From the NCBI GenBank assembly GCA_965153285.1, contig OZ229112.1: a DNA stretch of 64,000 bases. One strand, given 5' to 3'. The number at the start of each line of letters is the position of its first letter. Position 1 is the stretch's first letter. Positions 1 through 11,900 of the stretch are shown here, one piece after another. This DNA is from Podarcis tiliguerta (lineage: Eukaryota). Made by a program: the position numbers and the translations under genes. A model generated the notes under the pieces. The model ran no database searches. It saw only the letters and a list, made by a program, of their open reading frames with translations, and was not told the origin of the DNA.

Positions 1-654
1 TAATCTTCATACAGCTTTTAGCCATATTTTATGAATATATTTCTTTTGTTTGTTTGAAACATTTATCTCCTTTCCTTACTAAGCCAAACTGATAAGGGCT
101 GGTGGAGGTGGAGTTGTTTGTTACTGTAACAAACTAATATCTCCTTTGATGACATTTTGTCAGGCATGATAAAGGTTAATTAATAAACCTGTGTGAGAGT
201 ACATGTTCATTGTCCCTCACACCCATATTGCTGGTGGAGACGGTGCGGTAAATGGTTTCATAAGCTGAAAACTAGTTTGGCAAGTAATGCGGTGAGTGCC
301 CATAATTTTGCAGAATAGGAACTGCAAGCAGACTGTGCTTTGCAGAATAGGATCTGTATCTTTTACACCAAAGAATCATGGAACTGCAGGACAATAAGAA
401 AAAGGGGGAGACTCCCACCTAACTGTCCCAAACCCCATTGCTCATTGGATTTGAGCCAACCAACTAAGAGAAAAGGTTCACTGAAAGAATTGAACTTTTC
501 TCCTTTTCTATCCCCACTGCATCTTACTACAACCCACAAAAAGCATCTCTGAGAATCAGCCTCTCCCGAATGCCCACTATTATAACTTACAAACTGTTTA
601 CACAACTTGCATTCATTTCAATGTAAAGGAAACTTGAAAACAATGTTTAAAAAA

Positions 655-732
655 ATCATAGAATCATAGAACTGTAGAGTTGGAAGGGATCCTAAGGGCC
701 ATCCAGTCCAACCCTCTGCAATGTAGGAATCC
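655..732 (-). mobile_element. CR1 LINE extreme 3' end fragment
   Basis: atcatagaatcatagaa is the reverse complement of the CR1 (ATTCTATG)n tail, followed by the typical 3'UTR 'gagttggaagggatcctaagggccatccagtccaacc'. Confidence 0.75.
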
Positions 733-1146
733 TGCCCATAGCCATCCCTGGATTAATTACATATTATTTGTGGACTCAACAACAACAACAAAATGACGAT
801 GGTGACATGAATGAACACCAGTCTTATTTGCTTGACTGATTTCCATTCCTGACCACAGACAAACACACAAGCTATAGAAATTTCTGCTTCATTTTTCCTC
901 AGGATTCTCTGACATTCCTAGAAATTTCTTATGAACATTTGTACCTTGAACATCTTCCCTTCCATTTTTTGTCACGACTTATTTCATGGCTCGCTTGATT
1001 CTGTTCTGAGTTTTCTGTCTTTTAAGAAGGTAAGGCTGCAGGGTCTGTTCTGAGATGTTTTTTAAATGCACAGCACTTACTTTTGAATCCTATAAAACAT
1101 TTAAAAGAAGAAATGTTAAATTATACTTTGGCTTGCTAGTAGCCTT

Positions 1147-1147
1147 T

Positions 1148-1179
<32 letters not shown>

Positions 1180-1192
1180 TCGTTCTTTCTTT
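1147..1192. repeat. (CTTT)n microsatellite
   Basis: Directly visible tetranucleotide run. Confidence 0.95.
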
Positions 1193-2540
1193 CCACTCAT
1201 CTTCAATATGCAAATTCTTCATGAGTTTAGGCTCCGCTCCCTGTTTCCCCTCCCCGCATGTTTTTCTTGGTAGCCAAAGACAGGCATCTATAAGAGAGGC
1301 AGAACAAAAGAGACTTACTAAATCAGAGTAAATGAAACCATTTCTTCTTTTGATGCCTCAGTCTGTCATGCCAAACTCAAATGATTCTCTCATCAGCGCT
1401 ACAGGAAGCATCAGCGGCTGACTCGGCAAAGAGAAGAATGGAGAGAATATGAAATATGACAGATTAGACAGGAAGGCTAAGTGTCTGTTCTCCAAATGCA
1501 AGAAAGAGGAAAAAATTACACCTTCAAAGTATTCAAGTATGGGGGCCTTCAGTGTTCAGATGTGGTCTCTAGTGCTCTGGCGATCAGTGTTAGGTGTCTG
1601 TAAAGTCATTGGGGCCTGACAGGTGATCATCATGAAAAGAATGTGAAAAAGTGCTAGCATGTATCAAACTGCAGATATTGCCTCATAAAGATAGCACACT
1701 TTACCCATTTATTTTTATATTTCCCTTCCTTCTTAGTCTGTTTTTTATCCTTCCTGTCATTTACAAAGGGTCTTTGAAGGCCTCTGTAATCCAGCGTTGT
1801 TCATCCTTGACATCCTAAATTCTAGTTGTTAAGGCACTTTGGCAGTTTGCTCAAAGTGAGAGAGTACTTATAATTTCTCTCCTTTCTTCATTTCACCAAA
1901 TTCTCATGAACAGCAGCCTATAATCAGAGGTATTTAAGAAGTCACCATATTACATCTGAAGTTGGCTGACAGCTTTTGTGTCAAGCAGCCATTGAAAAAA
2001 AAGAAGTCTGCCTCTTTCGTTGTTTGGTTCTCTTTAAATAACACAGGAAGGATTTTGCATGCTACCCAAAGCAGCAATATTTCTGCCATTCAGGGTATTT
2101 TTCATTTATTTATTTGTCTCTAATCCACCTCATAAAATGGCCACAAGGCAGCTTAACAGCAGCAGTTGATAGGGCAGAATGGACAGTGGGGCATTACTCA
2201 CCTGGCTCCCAAAGCTGAGCATCACTGTCAGTTACTGAGAGGGGGACAGATGGGGAAGTGGGGCTCAGCACAGGGTGAGTTCAGCATTGGGACCAGTTGA
2301 TTAGCTTCACCAATGCACCTGCACCATGCTCAATTCAATGCACCTCCTGCTCTTGGTTACTAGCAGCAGTGCTCATATTGAGAAGAAGCCAGGTGAGCAA
2401 TTCTGCTCCACCCATTCCACCCCACAGACCACTACAGCAATCAACAATACTCTATGCCTTGAAATACAACAATGCCAAGAAACACGACAGATAAGAGTTA
2501 AGTATATAAAAACAGCAGATAAATAGCCACTAAAATACTG

Positions 2541-2904
2541 TAAAGGTAAAGGGACACCTGACTGTTAGGTCCAGTCGCGGATGACTCTGGGGTTGCAGCG
2601 CTCATCTCGCTTTACTGGCCGAGGGAGCTGGCGTTTGTCCACAGACAGCTTCCCAGTCATGTGGCCAGCATGACTAAGCCACTTCTGGCAAACCAGAGCA
2701 GTGCATGGAAACGCCGTTTACCTTCCCACCAGAGCGGTACCTATTTATCTACTTGCACTTTGATGTGCTTTTGAACTGCTAGGTGGGCAGGAGCTGGGAC
2801 CGAACAACGGAAGTTCACCCCATCATGGGGATTTGAACCGCCGACATTCTGATTGGTCAGAAAGCCCTAGGCTCAGTGGTTTAGACCACAGCGCCACACG
2901 CGTC
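2541..2904 (-). mobile_element. Full-length Sauria SINE (Squam1/POM-type)
   Basis: Minus strand starts GACGCG..TGGCGCTGTGGTCTAAACCACTGAGCCTAGGGC (tRNA-like head) and ends in the CCTTTACCTTTA tail. Colinear with the copy at 31813-32169. Possible TSD atactgta (2535-2542 / 2912-2919). Confidence 0.9.
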
Positions 2905-4309
2905 TGTATATATACTGTATATATTATGAAAATGCTAAGAAAATATACTTGACTTCGTTAATTTTAGGTGCCAGGCAGAGTTGCAGTGTGTAAGGAAGAC
3001 ACACATCACTTCTATACTGGTAGATTGTGTAAATATATGTACTGCTATTGTGGATTTTAAGCAATGGATTTGGAGCTCTATCTTCAACACATCTTCTCAG
3101 AAGTGAGGCCCGTTACGTTAACATTTCGCATTGAATGGTTTGGAGTTGGAGCTTTGGTCATTCTCATCGTAAGAAAATTGGTGGTATTGGTGCACAATAA
3201 ATAGTAGGAACAAAATACTTCAAATTAAATATTCAAGCCGGGGGGGGGGATTAAAAATCCAACTGTCAAATGGATTCCAAACCTGCCCCTCCCCATGTAT
3301 ACATAGTAGGCACACATGGTGCATGCAGGAGAGGGTTGCCTAGAAATCTGTTTGACCCAGACACGTTTAAATATTGCTTTATTGTGTGGATATTTTTACA
3401 GCCCCCCCACCCCACCCAACTGAGATTTTACGGTGTCATTTTAACTTTTTTGAATCACTAAGATTTGTTGCTGAAGGAGCAGTGGTAGAAATGTATTAAT
3501 TGTGGTTGCTAAAATGCCACTGCAAATTTAGTTGCCTAGACCCCCAATGAGCATGCAATTTCAGAACCATGGACAGCACTCTTGCTTGCTCACTCTTTAG
3601 AAAGGACATTATTTATTTCCACACAGAGAACTTGCTTACTTTCCTCTCACATTTTTAGCATTTTTTCTAGAAAAAGAAAAGACCTGGGATTGGATTTAGG
3701 GTTGTGAAGTCTCCTAATTTTTTTCATTCTATTTGTGAGCGAAAGGCATCCTCCAGGAAACAGGCAGATTCAGAAATATGTGTATTTTTAAAAAATAAGA
3801 AATAAATCAGAAAATGCTATTTTGATAAAGTTCAGGGTTTACCTAGGAGTTAGTGCCATTGAATGCAGTAGTAGGCACACAGACATTTGCACTGGGCTTG
3901 ACTTGCCAAGACAAGATAATGATGAGGGTTTACTTTTTAGAAATGCAGCTATCAACAGAGAGAGAGAAATAAAATATTGTATGCTAATCACATACAGCAA
4001 AGAATACTTGATGAAGGTACATGTGATGATTCATTCACACATGAAAGTTAAAATGTCATTAGCATCTATGTGTGAATTATACTTCAGAGACACCTGACCA
4101 AAGTTACAAAGCATGCCTTGCACTTTGAGAACTGTGGGGAAGCTTGGTCAGTATCCAACATCTTTTAACAAATCATAACATATGAGAGACAAATTTAAGC
4201 AGGGAGGCTCATTCATCTCAGTAAAGATATAAATATGATACAGCAATAAAGCAACTCAAAAGTAGTCATGAAAAAATATTTACTTTAATGGGACTCTGTC
4301 AAAAGGCCT

Positions 4310-4428
4310 AGGATGGTACTGAATCAGTTTTTACTCAGTGTAGACCCACTGAAATAAATGATGATGACAAAGTTAGGTCAATTCATTTCAATGGGACTAC
4401 TCTGAGTAAAACTTAATTGAATATAGCC
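4310..4428. mobile_element. Short palindromic MITE-like repeat
   Basis: Arms 'ttttactcagtgtagacccactgaaat' and 'atttcaatgggactactctgagtaaaa' are near reverse complements; a related half-copy lies near 43465. Confidence 0.55.
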
Positions 4429-5039
4429 CACAATATTCTCTTTCAGACCTTTAGAATGCATTCCTACCTATTCTCTCCTGGGACTAAGCCCTCATGGAAC
4501 TCAATGGGAGTTACTTTGGATTTGTCCTATCAATCAGTCAATTTTATATATTGACTGAAGAAATCAGTCCTAAGTAGCCATTTTTAAAAAGCCGCATCTC
4601 CATGCAATTAAAGCCAATGTTATAAATTATTGCAAGTGCTCAGAGTAGTAATATTCAACTTTATGGCACGCATGAGAGTCCCTTGCTCAGACTATATGAT
4701 GTGTAATGAAACCTCAATGAAGTAATATTCCAATTACCTAAGTAATATTTCACTAGAAACAGATTGCTACAAACCTTAGTCTCCAACTTCTACTAGTTTT
4801 CAATGGTTTTGCAGTCACTCTTGGAATGACATAGAATGGTAACTGCATGTCATTGCAATTCCCTCAGTGAAAATGCATTCCAGTTTCTTCACATTTTAAA
4901 GATCCAGTGATTTGCTGCGACATTTCCAATAGATGGGAAAGTTGATCAGCTTTAAGTTATTTTTCTTCTTCTCTTTTTGTCATTATAATAAAAAGTGTGT
5001 GCTTTCTATGTCTGTTAGTCCTATTATAGTCAGATGTAG

Positions 5040-5254
5040 GCAAAGGTAAAGATGTCCAGGGGTCCTTTACCTTTGGCTATAGGGATGCAGATGGTGCTGT
5101 GGTCTAAACCACTGAGCCTCTTGGGCTTTCCGACCAGAAGGTTGGTGGTTCAATTCCCCACAATGGGGTGAGCTCCCGTTGCTCTGTCCCAGCTCCTGCC
5201 AACCTAGCAGTTCGAAAGCACACCAGTGCAAGTAGATAAATAGGAACCGCATGG
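5040..5254 (+). mobile_element. Rearranged/truncated Sauria SINE insertion with 13-bp TSD
   Basis: SINE 5' half at 5082-5250, preceded by SINE tail sequence in both orientations. Flanked by the direct repeat tagtcagatgtag (5027-5039, 5255-5267). Confidence 0.8.
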
Positions 5255-5540
5255 TAGTCAGATGTAGTGCATCTAATACGTTTTAAGTGTACATCTAATA
5301 ATATAGCTGCCCCCAGAGAGACAGCCTATTCCCTGATGCCAGCGTGATGAATCTCAGCAAGCAGAGGAATCTGGATGTCACTGACTCACTACAGCTGCTC
5401 CAATGGACACCATGGTGTCAGAATATCAGCAAGTGGGTGATCAACTTAATGAGGAGTGGATGAGTGAAAGTGCCTCTGGCATTCCAAGTCCCAGGTGTCT
5501 TACAGGAGCAGGTGAGTGTCTCACCTATCTGAAAGAATGT

Positions 5541-5931
5541 TTCCGAGCACAATTCAAAGTGTTGGTGCTGACCTTTAAAGCCCTAAATGGCCTTCATCCT
5601 GTATACCTAAAGGAGCATCTCCACCTTCATCGTTCTGCCCGGACCCTGAGGTCCAGCACCAAGGGCCTTCTGGTGGTTCCCTCACTGTGAGAAGTGAGGT
5701 TACAGGGAACCAGGCAGAGGGCTTTCTTGGTAGTGGTGCCTGCCCTGTGGAAGACCCTCCTAGCAGATGTCAAGGCAATAAGCAACTATATTACTTTTAA
5801 AAGACAACTGTTTAGGGAAGTTTTTAACGTTTGATGCTGTATTGTTTTTAATATTCAGTTGGAAGCCGCCCAGAGTGGCTGGGGAAACCCAGCCAGATGG
5901 GTGGGGTATAAATAATAAATTATTATTATTA
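5541..5931 (+). mobile_element. L2-clade LINE 3' fragment (ORF2 C-terminus, 3'UTR, ATT tail)
   Basis: Translation FRAQFKVLVLTFKALNGL.PVYLKEHL...ARTLRSS..GLLVVP is typical of the L2 ORF2 C-terminus. 3'UTR 'ggaagccgcccagagtggctggggaaacccagccagatgg' is shared with 9038-9090 and 29791-29840. Confidence 0.85.
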
Positions 5932-6665
5932 TATAATGAGGTTAGGGCCCAAGGGAAATTTCTCCCGATGCCCAGGCAGAGGGGGAGAAAAGGGGAAGTG
6001 TAGCCTGGGTGATGTATGACTCCTCCCCTCTCAATATCTGAGGTTCAATGAGAGACAAAATGGAGGAGAATGGGTAGCAAACCCCTTCCATAGAGGAAGG
6101 CCCCACTTACCAATCTTGGAGAGGTTAAGTGGTCCTTAATAGTATACTGAACTGTATTTTTTAAATGAAATTATTTTAATGGTGTCAGTGAAGGTTTTTT
6201 TTTGTTGTTGTTTTTTGGAGGGGGGTTTAAACTGGTGTAACAGTAACCAATGCCAGTCAGCAGCCTATCTTCTCCCTTTTGAACTAATGGATATTTTAAA
6301 GATGTATTCAAGGGCAGCCCCACATACACTGCATTGCAGAAATCAAGTCTTAGTATTATAGGGCCTGGGAAACAATGGTTAGACTTGAATAACTATGGCA
6401 TGGATAGCCAGCAAGAATGTATAGTAAAGTTGCTCTCAGAACTGGCAGTTATTTCGTGTGGTTTAATCTCCAAGAGGAGGGGGCATAGACAATGGTTCTT
6501 CCAGGGTGCTAAACTACGTGGGTAACTGTACATGAGTAGAGTAAGCGTCCCACTTCAGAAAGTCACCCCCCGCAGTCAACACATAAAGGAAGCAAAAGCC
6601 GACACACATGTCCCTGCAGCCCCCGCTTGCAAATTAAAGTAATGTGTTTTCTAATGCTACCCCTT

Positions 6666-6745
6666 CATGGATCACTGCCTTGCCATGGCGAAGGGGCTTG
6701 AAGAACTCAGAGAAGCTATGAACTATGCCGAGCAAGGCACCCAAA
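6666..6745 (+). mobile_element. RTE/BovB-related 5' fragment
   Basis: catggatcactgccttgccatggcgaaggggcttg..aactcagagaagctatgaactatgcc resembles the conserved 5' end of BovB/RTE elements (recognised from memory). Confidence 0.65.
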
Positions 6746-7666
6746 CAAATGCTGGAAGAGGGCTAGTGTGATATCCAGAGCAGAAACAACGGCTAGCATG
6801 GCCAGCTGAGATAATCACTTGTCTTTTGGGTTGTATCTGCTCAAGTCATACTCCTGGTACATGGACCAAAGATAGTCATGAGCCCATTGGTACCAGTGGA
6901 TCCACACTGAATATGACTAAGCCAGCTATAAACATTTATTTTTAAGAAGTTCAATTCTGTGTAACTTAGTCTGCATAGGAAGTTTGTGTGTGTGTGTGAT
7001 CTCACAAGTTTATTTTTAGGCTAAACTTTGTTTTCTTCTACTATCATTCCCAGCTGACTGATAAAAGGTTTGGAGAAGACTTGAAGTGAGTGACATAGCA
7101 AAGCTAGAGGGCTATAGAAGATTAACAGGCTGAATCTAATCGATTCTAAGAGGTCATTCCTGAAATAGAAGAGGCAACAATGTTCATTTGAATTCAAACA
7201 GATTCAATGTTATGCAAAGCTTGAATCATCTAGTGAGATAGAGAAGTGGGGAAAATTTGACAGAAATTATAACCTCATCCCCCCCTCTTACTACTCCAGA
7301 GTATTGCAAAACAGTGAGAGAGGACTAGTAGGGAAAGAAAATTTAAAAAATCAGCTGTGAGCACCTTAAACACAGTCAAGGTGAACAAAAAAATCATTTT
7401 ATATTCCTGCACTGTAGAACATCTACCTCTATTGCAGCTGGTGATGGGAGAAATCTCCTTAGCTTGATTGATTCAGGACTGAGTCAGCAATTACAAGCAT
7501 ACTGATTTTTTTCACAGCTCTAGACTGACTCATCATGTTGGCTGCACCTGATCACGCTGCTTATTTTCAGCTGTCCCTCACAACTGTGTTTTGTCTTTCT
7601 TCTTTTGTCCAGGTCATGGATGTGAATCACAGCTCAGATAGAACTGTGCAACTGACACCAAATATA

Positions 7667-7864
7667 CCGTATTTTTCCGTGTATAACACGCCCCCATGTA
7701 TAACATGGCCCCTATTTTGGGGGACTCCAAATTGAGGGAATGGGGGAATGGGGGGAGATTGCCCAGAGACCTGAGAGCACTGCATCAATTGCACGTATCA
7801 CGACCCCCAATGTTTAGCATTTTTGTAGAATCAAAAACCTTTTCTTTTACATGAAAATATACGG
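7667..7864. mobile_element. Short degenerate pogo/Tigger-like MITE (CCGTATTTTTC termini)
   Basis: TA|ccgtatttttccgtgtataa ... ttttacatgaaaatatacgg|TA: imperfect TIRs with TA on both sides. Same terminus type as 56344-58192. Confidence 0.7.
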
Positions 7865-8770
7865 TATATAAGCTCCTATACCACTGTGGCCAAACACAGA
7901 AGTTAAGGGAGTTTGCTTAACTCTATCTGAGCTGTGATCGGTGTTCATGACTTGGACAGAGTGAAATAAAAACCACAAGCATGTTCTGTGTATAAATAGA
8001 TAACGTGCCTGAGTATTATGAGTTGGGATTTTTTTGTTTTTAATGGTAGAGACAAAATGATAAACAACTACACACAAATATATAGACCAAAAAATCACAT
8101 GGATAGATGGAAAGAACTGTAGAGTTGGAAGGGATCTAAAGGATCCCAACCCCCTGAAATTCCCTAGATAGATGAGTGGATGCATAGATGCATGGATAAA
8201 GCTGTACATACACACACACTAAAACCTTAGGAAATAACCTACCATTCAACACATTTCCCTAGAAAACAATAAGGAACTGATGTTTAAAAAATGAATATCA
8301 GAAGTCTAACATTATTATGCCCATCTTCATGATTCCAAAATGGGATGAAAGACTGTCAGACTTTCACAGCAGTATCAACAGTATTCAAGTTTTCCATCCT
8401 ACATTGAGCAAATGCATTTTTCCCCCCATACGGAGGAATCAAATCAAAATGGATTCTGGAAAAGTTCATGTACCTTCTTCTCATAATGACCGGAATATAG
8501 AAAATTCCCACACAGGTTGAGGCCTGTAGGCGACAAAGAAGACATATCATTTGTATGATGAAATCCTGCCTCAGACAACAGATGCTTTAGGACAGCAGTA
8601 ACCAGCCCCTGGCTATTCCTCCTGAGACCCCAGCCATTCCCTTCTGTTGCTACGCCGTCTCTCCTAGGCCCCCCTGATCTTTCCTACTGCCTCAGGTGTG
8701 GTGGAAGAGGCTCTGCCATCACCGGTGTATGTTCAGCTGACAGCACAGTCAAATCCTGTATGTGGATTTG

Positions 8771-9233
8771 CAGATCCTCCAAGTGTCTCTATTTTCCAGG
8801 GACAGACCCAGATTTACAGAAGCCGTCTTGGTTTCTGATTTGATCCAGGAATGTCACACTTTTCCTTGGGCCATCCCTATTTTGACCAGGGAAATGCTGG
8901 AGGGTATGGAGGTACTATATGCCACCACCAAATCAAGAAGGTTAGTAACTATGCAACATTTAAAAGACATCTGAAGGCAGTCCTGTATAGGGAAGTTTTA
9001 AAATATTAAATGTTTTATTATGGTTTTATATGTGTTGGAAGCCACCCAGAGAGGCTGGAGCAACCCAGTTAGATGGGCAGGGTATAAGTAATAAAATGAT
9101 GATGGTGATGATGATGATGGTGGTGGTGGTGTGGTGGTGGTGGTGTGGTGGTGGTGGTGTGGTGGTGGTGGTGGTGGTGGTCATGATGGAACAAGGCATC
9201 TCTATTTTCATCAGAGAAATGTTGGAGGGTATG
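8771..9233. mobile_element. Composite non-autonomous TIR element containing an L2 3' end
   Basis: Left end cagatcctccaag approximates the reverse complement of right end gttggagggtatg. 6-bp direct repeat gatttg on both sides; internal second copy of the right end at 8870-8908; L2 3'UTR at ~8945-9095. Confidence 0.65.
9097..9188. repeat. (ATG)n/(GTG)n compound microsatellite at L2 tail
   Basis: Directly visible; explains the poly-His/Val/Thr ORFs. Confidence 0.95.
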
Positions 9234-11269
9234 GATTTGGGAGGGCCCCAGCCTCATTTTCTCCTTCAAAATGAATTCCCATTAATTGTCTTAGGCCAGC
9301 CCTGCTGTGCTGGCTCCCATTAAGCTTCCTTCCATAAGCAGAAAGGCTTTCACTAACTACATCTCCACAAAAAGCAGTTCAAGGTCAGCACTTTACCTCA
9401 CACAGCTCCCCATCCATTTATATTCTTTTCACATTGCTTGTCTTGTATCAGGGACAAGCCACTAGCCAGTCATTTTTCACAGCACTTGGATCTTTGCAAT
9501 GTGCTTTGCAGCTTTCATTTGCATAGAAAAGAGCATAAAGAACAATTCTCAGCGGAAGCCACAGCCTGTACTTGTTTGTGCTGTTTCAGGAAAGCAGAGC
9601 AATGAAATAGCAGGCACTTTTTCAGGGCTCTTTTTTTTCCACTTCTGAAGGTTACAGGGCAATTTTTAAAACTTATTTTTACAGACACACAAAGGGGAAA
9701 TGGAAGGATCTACAATGAAATATCATCTCTGTGCCTTGAATGGTGAAATTAATGGGGACTCAGGACCGACTCGATTGAAATGCTTCTTTTGTATGCTATG
9801 TTCACTGGCAATCCTGGAACAAAGTTCAGGGATTACTCCATCAAGAAACTTCATTTGAACAGAAACCTTTATGAGCACACTTAAGACTATGTTTATATCT
9901 CTGGCACGAAAGCTAATAAAAGGATGTTCTGACTCTGAATCACTGAAACAGCATGGGATGAGGAAAACTCATGTGCTAAACACACATGCACGCAGGATTT
10001 CAATGCTGTTCAATTATGGATGTGTACAAAAGGAATAAGGCACATGAGTTAGAATGTGAAAAAATTTCTCATGCTTTTGGCAAAAGTATCTGTGAGTTCT
10101 ACAACTGTAGTGTTGAGAAGGGACTCAAAGGTCCTCTAGTCTAATCCTCTAAGCCTTTACGGAAAGTCCTGAATACTGAAATCATACTGACTAAATGGAC
10201 TGCATCCTGTCAAAAGAAATAGTCCACCCTTTACCACCCCTTCTCTAAACCTAAAGCAGGTTACTCTCCATCGAGGTAATTCTGCCTAAAGCAAGAGTTT
10301 GTTTGTTTGTTTGTTTGTGTCATAAAATGGGGGAACCTCACTGTTGGATTTCATGATCTATGGGAGGGTTTTGACATTTAGCAGAACCACCTTGAAAGGA
10401 AAACGTATCGACCATCTACTAAGCTTATCCTTTAGTTGTTCATCTTCCAGTTTTCTTCCATTCTGCTAGAGCTCTGTCACAACGGGAGGAATCTGGCTTT
10501 TGGTGAAACCATTTGATTTCTCCTAGCTCTTTTCATACGCTCCCTCCATAGGTATCCCAAATTTCAGTTGGATGGATCATCACCCCGGCTCCACCCCAAC
10601 CTCCATGAATTCAGCTGAAGTGTGAAAGTTGTGTATATGTCAGCTCCTCCATTGTGTGAGGTCAGAAAAGAGGGTAATGTATTCTTTTGTTGCAGAGGTA
10701 ACCCAGTGGTGTTCCGTGTTTTTCTATGTGCCCTTCCACAAATCATTTTCACTGTGCATTCATTATGATTCCTGCTCAAGGCAGTCACATGTGACCCCAC
10801 TTCAATACTGTTTGTGGCTGCAAAAGTTTTTGGGCAGCCATCCTGCTTCTTTCCCAATCTGTGCATATCCCATATTTCCTGCTGAAAATCCCTAACTTTT
10901 TATAGCACAAATGTTCTGGTTGAATTTTGCCCTGCTTTTGTTGTAATATAGGCCCTGCAGACAGCAATAACATGATAGCATTGGGGAAGCATCGAGAACA
11001 AACTAAAGCAGAATAAATCCATCACTGATGCACTATTATTGTGTCAAGAACATATTGCAGAATACACCTTCAATAAAACTCCAGTATGGAGAGGCACTTA
11101 GCTGCACTGAGAGAATGGTTGCATTGGCCATTGTGGTGCAGGAAGACATGGAACATTATCCAGTTGACTTATGTTTTCACACTGTACTACAGGAAATGTA
11201 ACCTGGTTGCCTCAGCATATAACGATACATTGCCAGTGATCAGTTCACTTCAGGCATAATGCTGTACAG

Positions 11270-11388
11270 CTGGAGATGGAAGGTGTAGTCTTCTATAAGT
11301 TGCTAAACTCCAGCTCCCATCAGCCCCAGCCAGCATGGCCAGTGATTGGGGATAATGGAAACTGCAGTCTAGCAATTCCCCAGCCCTG
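11270..11388. mobile_element. Degenerate hAT-type MITE (same family as 38747-38882)
   Basis: Core 'actccagctcccatcagccccagccagcatggcc...gataatggaaactgcagtc'; flanks ctgtacag / ctatatag match at 6 of 8 positions (TSD-like). Confidence 0.6.
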
Positions 11389-11614
11389 CTATATAGCCAA
11401 ATTAATTGGTTCTGTACCACTTCACATACTATATGAATCCAAATGTGATTGGCTGGGATCATTTACTGAGAAATAAATAAATGGTGTGGAGAAGCAGTAG
11501 GAAGGGGGAAGAAAGATTTGTTGTCCAACTTTTTCACCCCATTTTTTGCCCACAGGAAAAAATCCAGTGCAGCCCTAATACTGACATCAGAAGCACAGGC
11601 GTATAGCCCCATGC

Positions 11615-11900
11615 CAGGGCGGAAGAAGGGGCTGCAGTGGATGCGGGCCACCCCGGGTGTCACCACTGAGCGGGGTGACAAAATGCCAGGTGGCACTCAC
11701 CACAGTCCTGCAGCGCACCCAAGCTTGGGCTTGGGAGTACACAGGCTCTGCCCTGCCCAAACGGCCCACCCGCTGCCTCCACCCAGCTGTAGGGCAGCTG
11801 AGTGGGAGGAGGCAGACAGACTCTGGAGGCCCCGCGGTATGCCCCGCCCCTGGGCACGCCACTCCAGGCACCCGAGCAGCTTCCTCCACCGCTGGCCCTG
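11615..11900. mobile_element. GC-rich putative non-autonomous DNA transposon
   Basis: Sharp GC-rich block bounded by cagggc ... gccctg (hAT-like termini); no clear TSD. Confidence 0.4.

Noticed and set aside
2190-2430. Strong minus-strand donor (cag|gtgagt) as an exon end
   Set aside because: Lies within what looks like a degenerate MITE and has no supporting acceptor or frame.
9026-9323. Poly-His/Val/Thr ORFs
   Set aside because: Translation of an (ATG)/(GTG) microsatellite.
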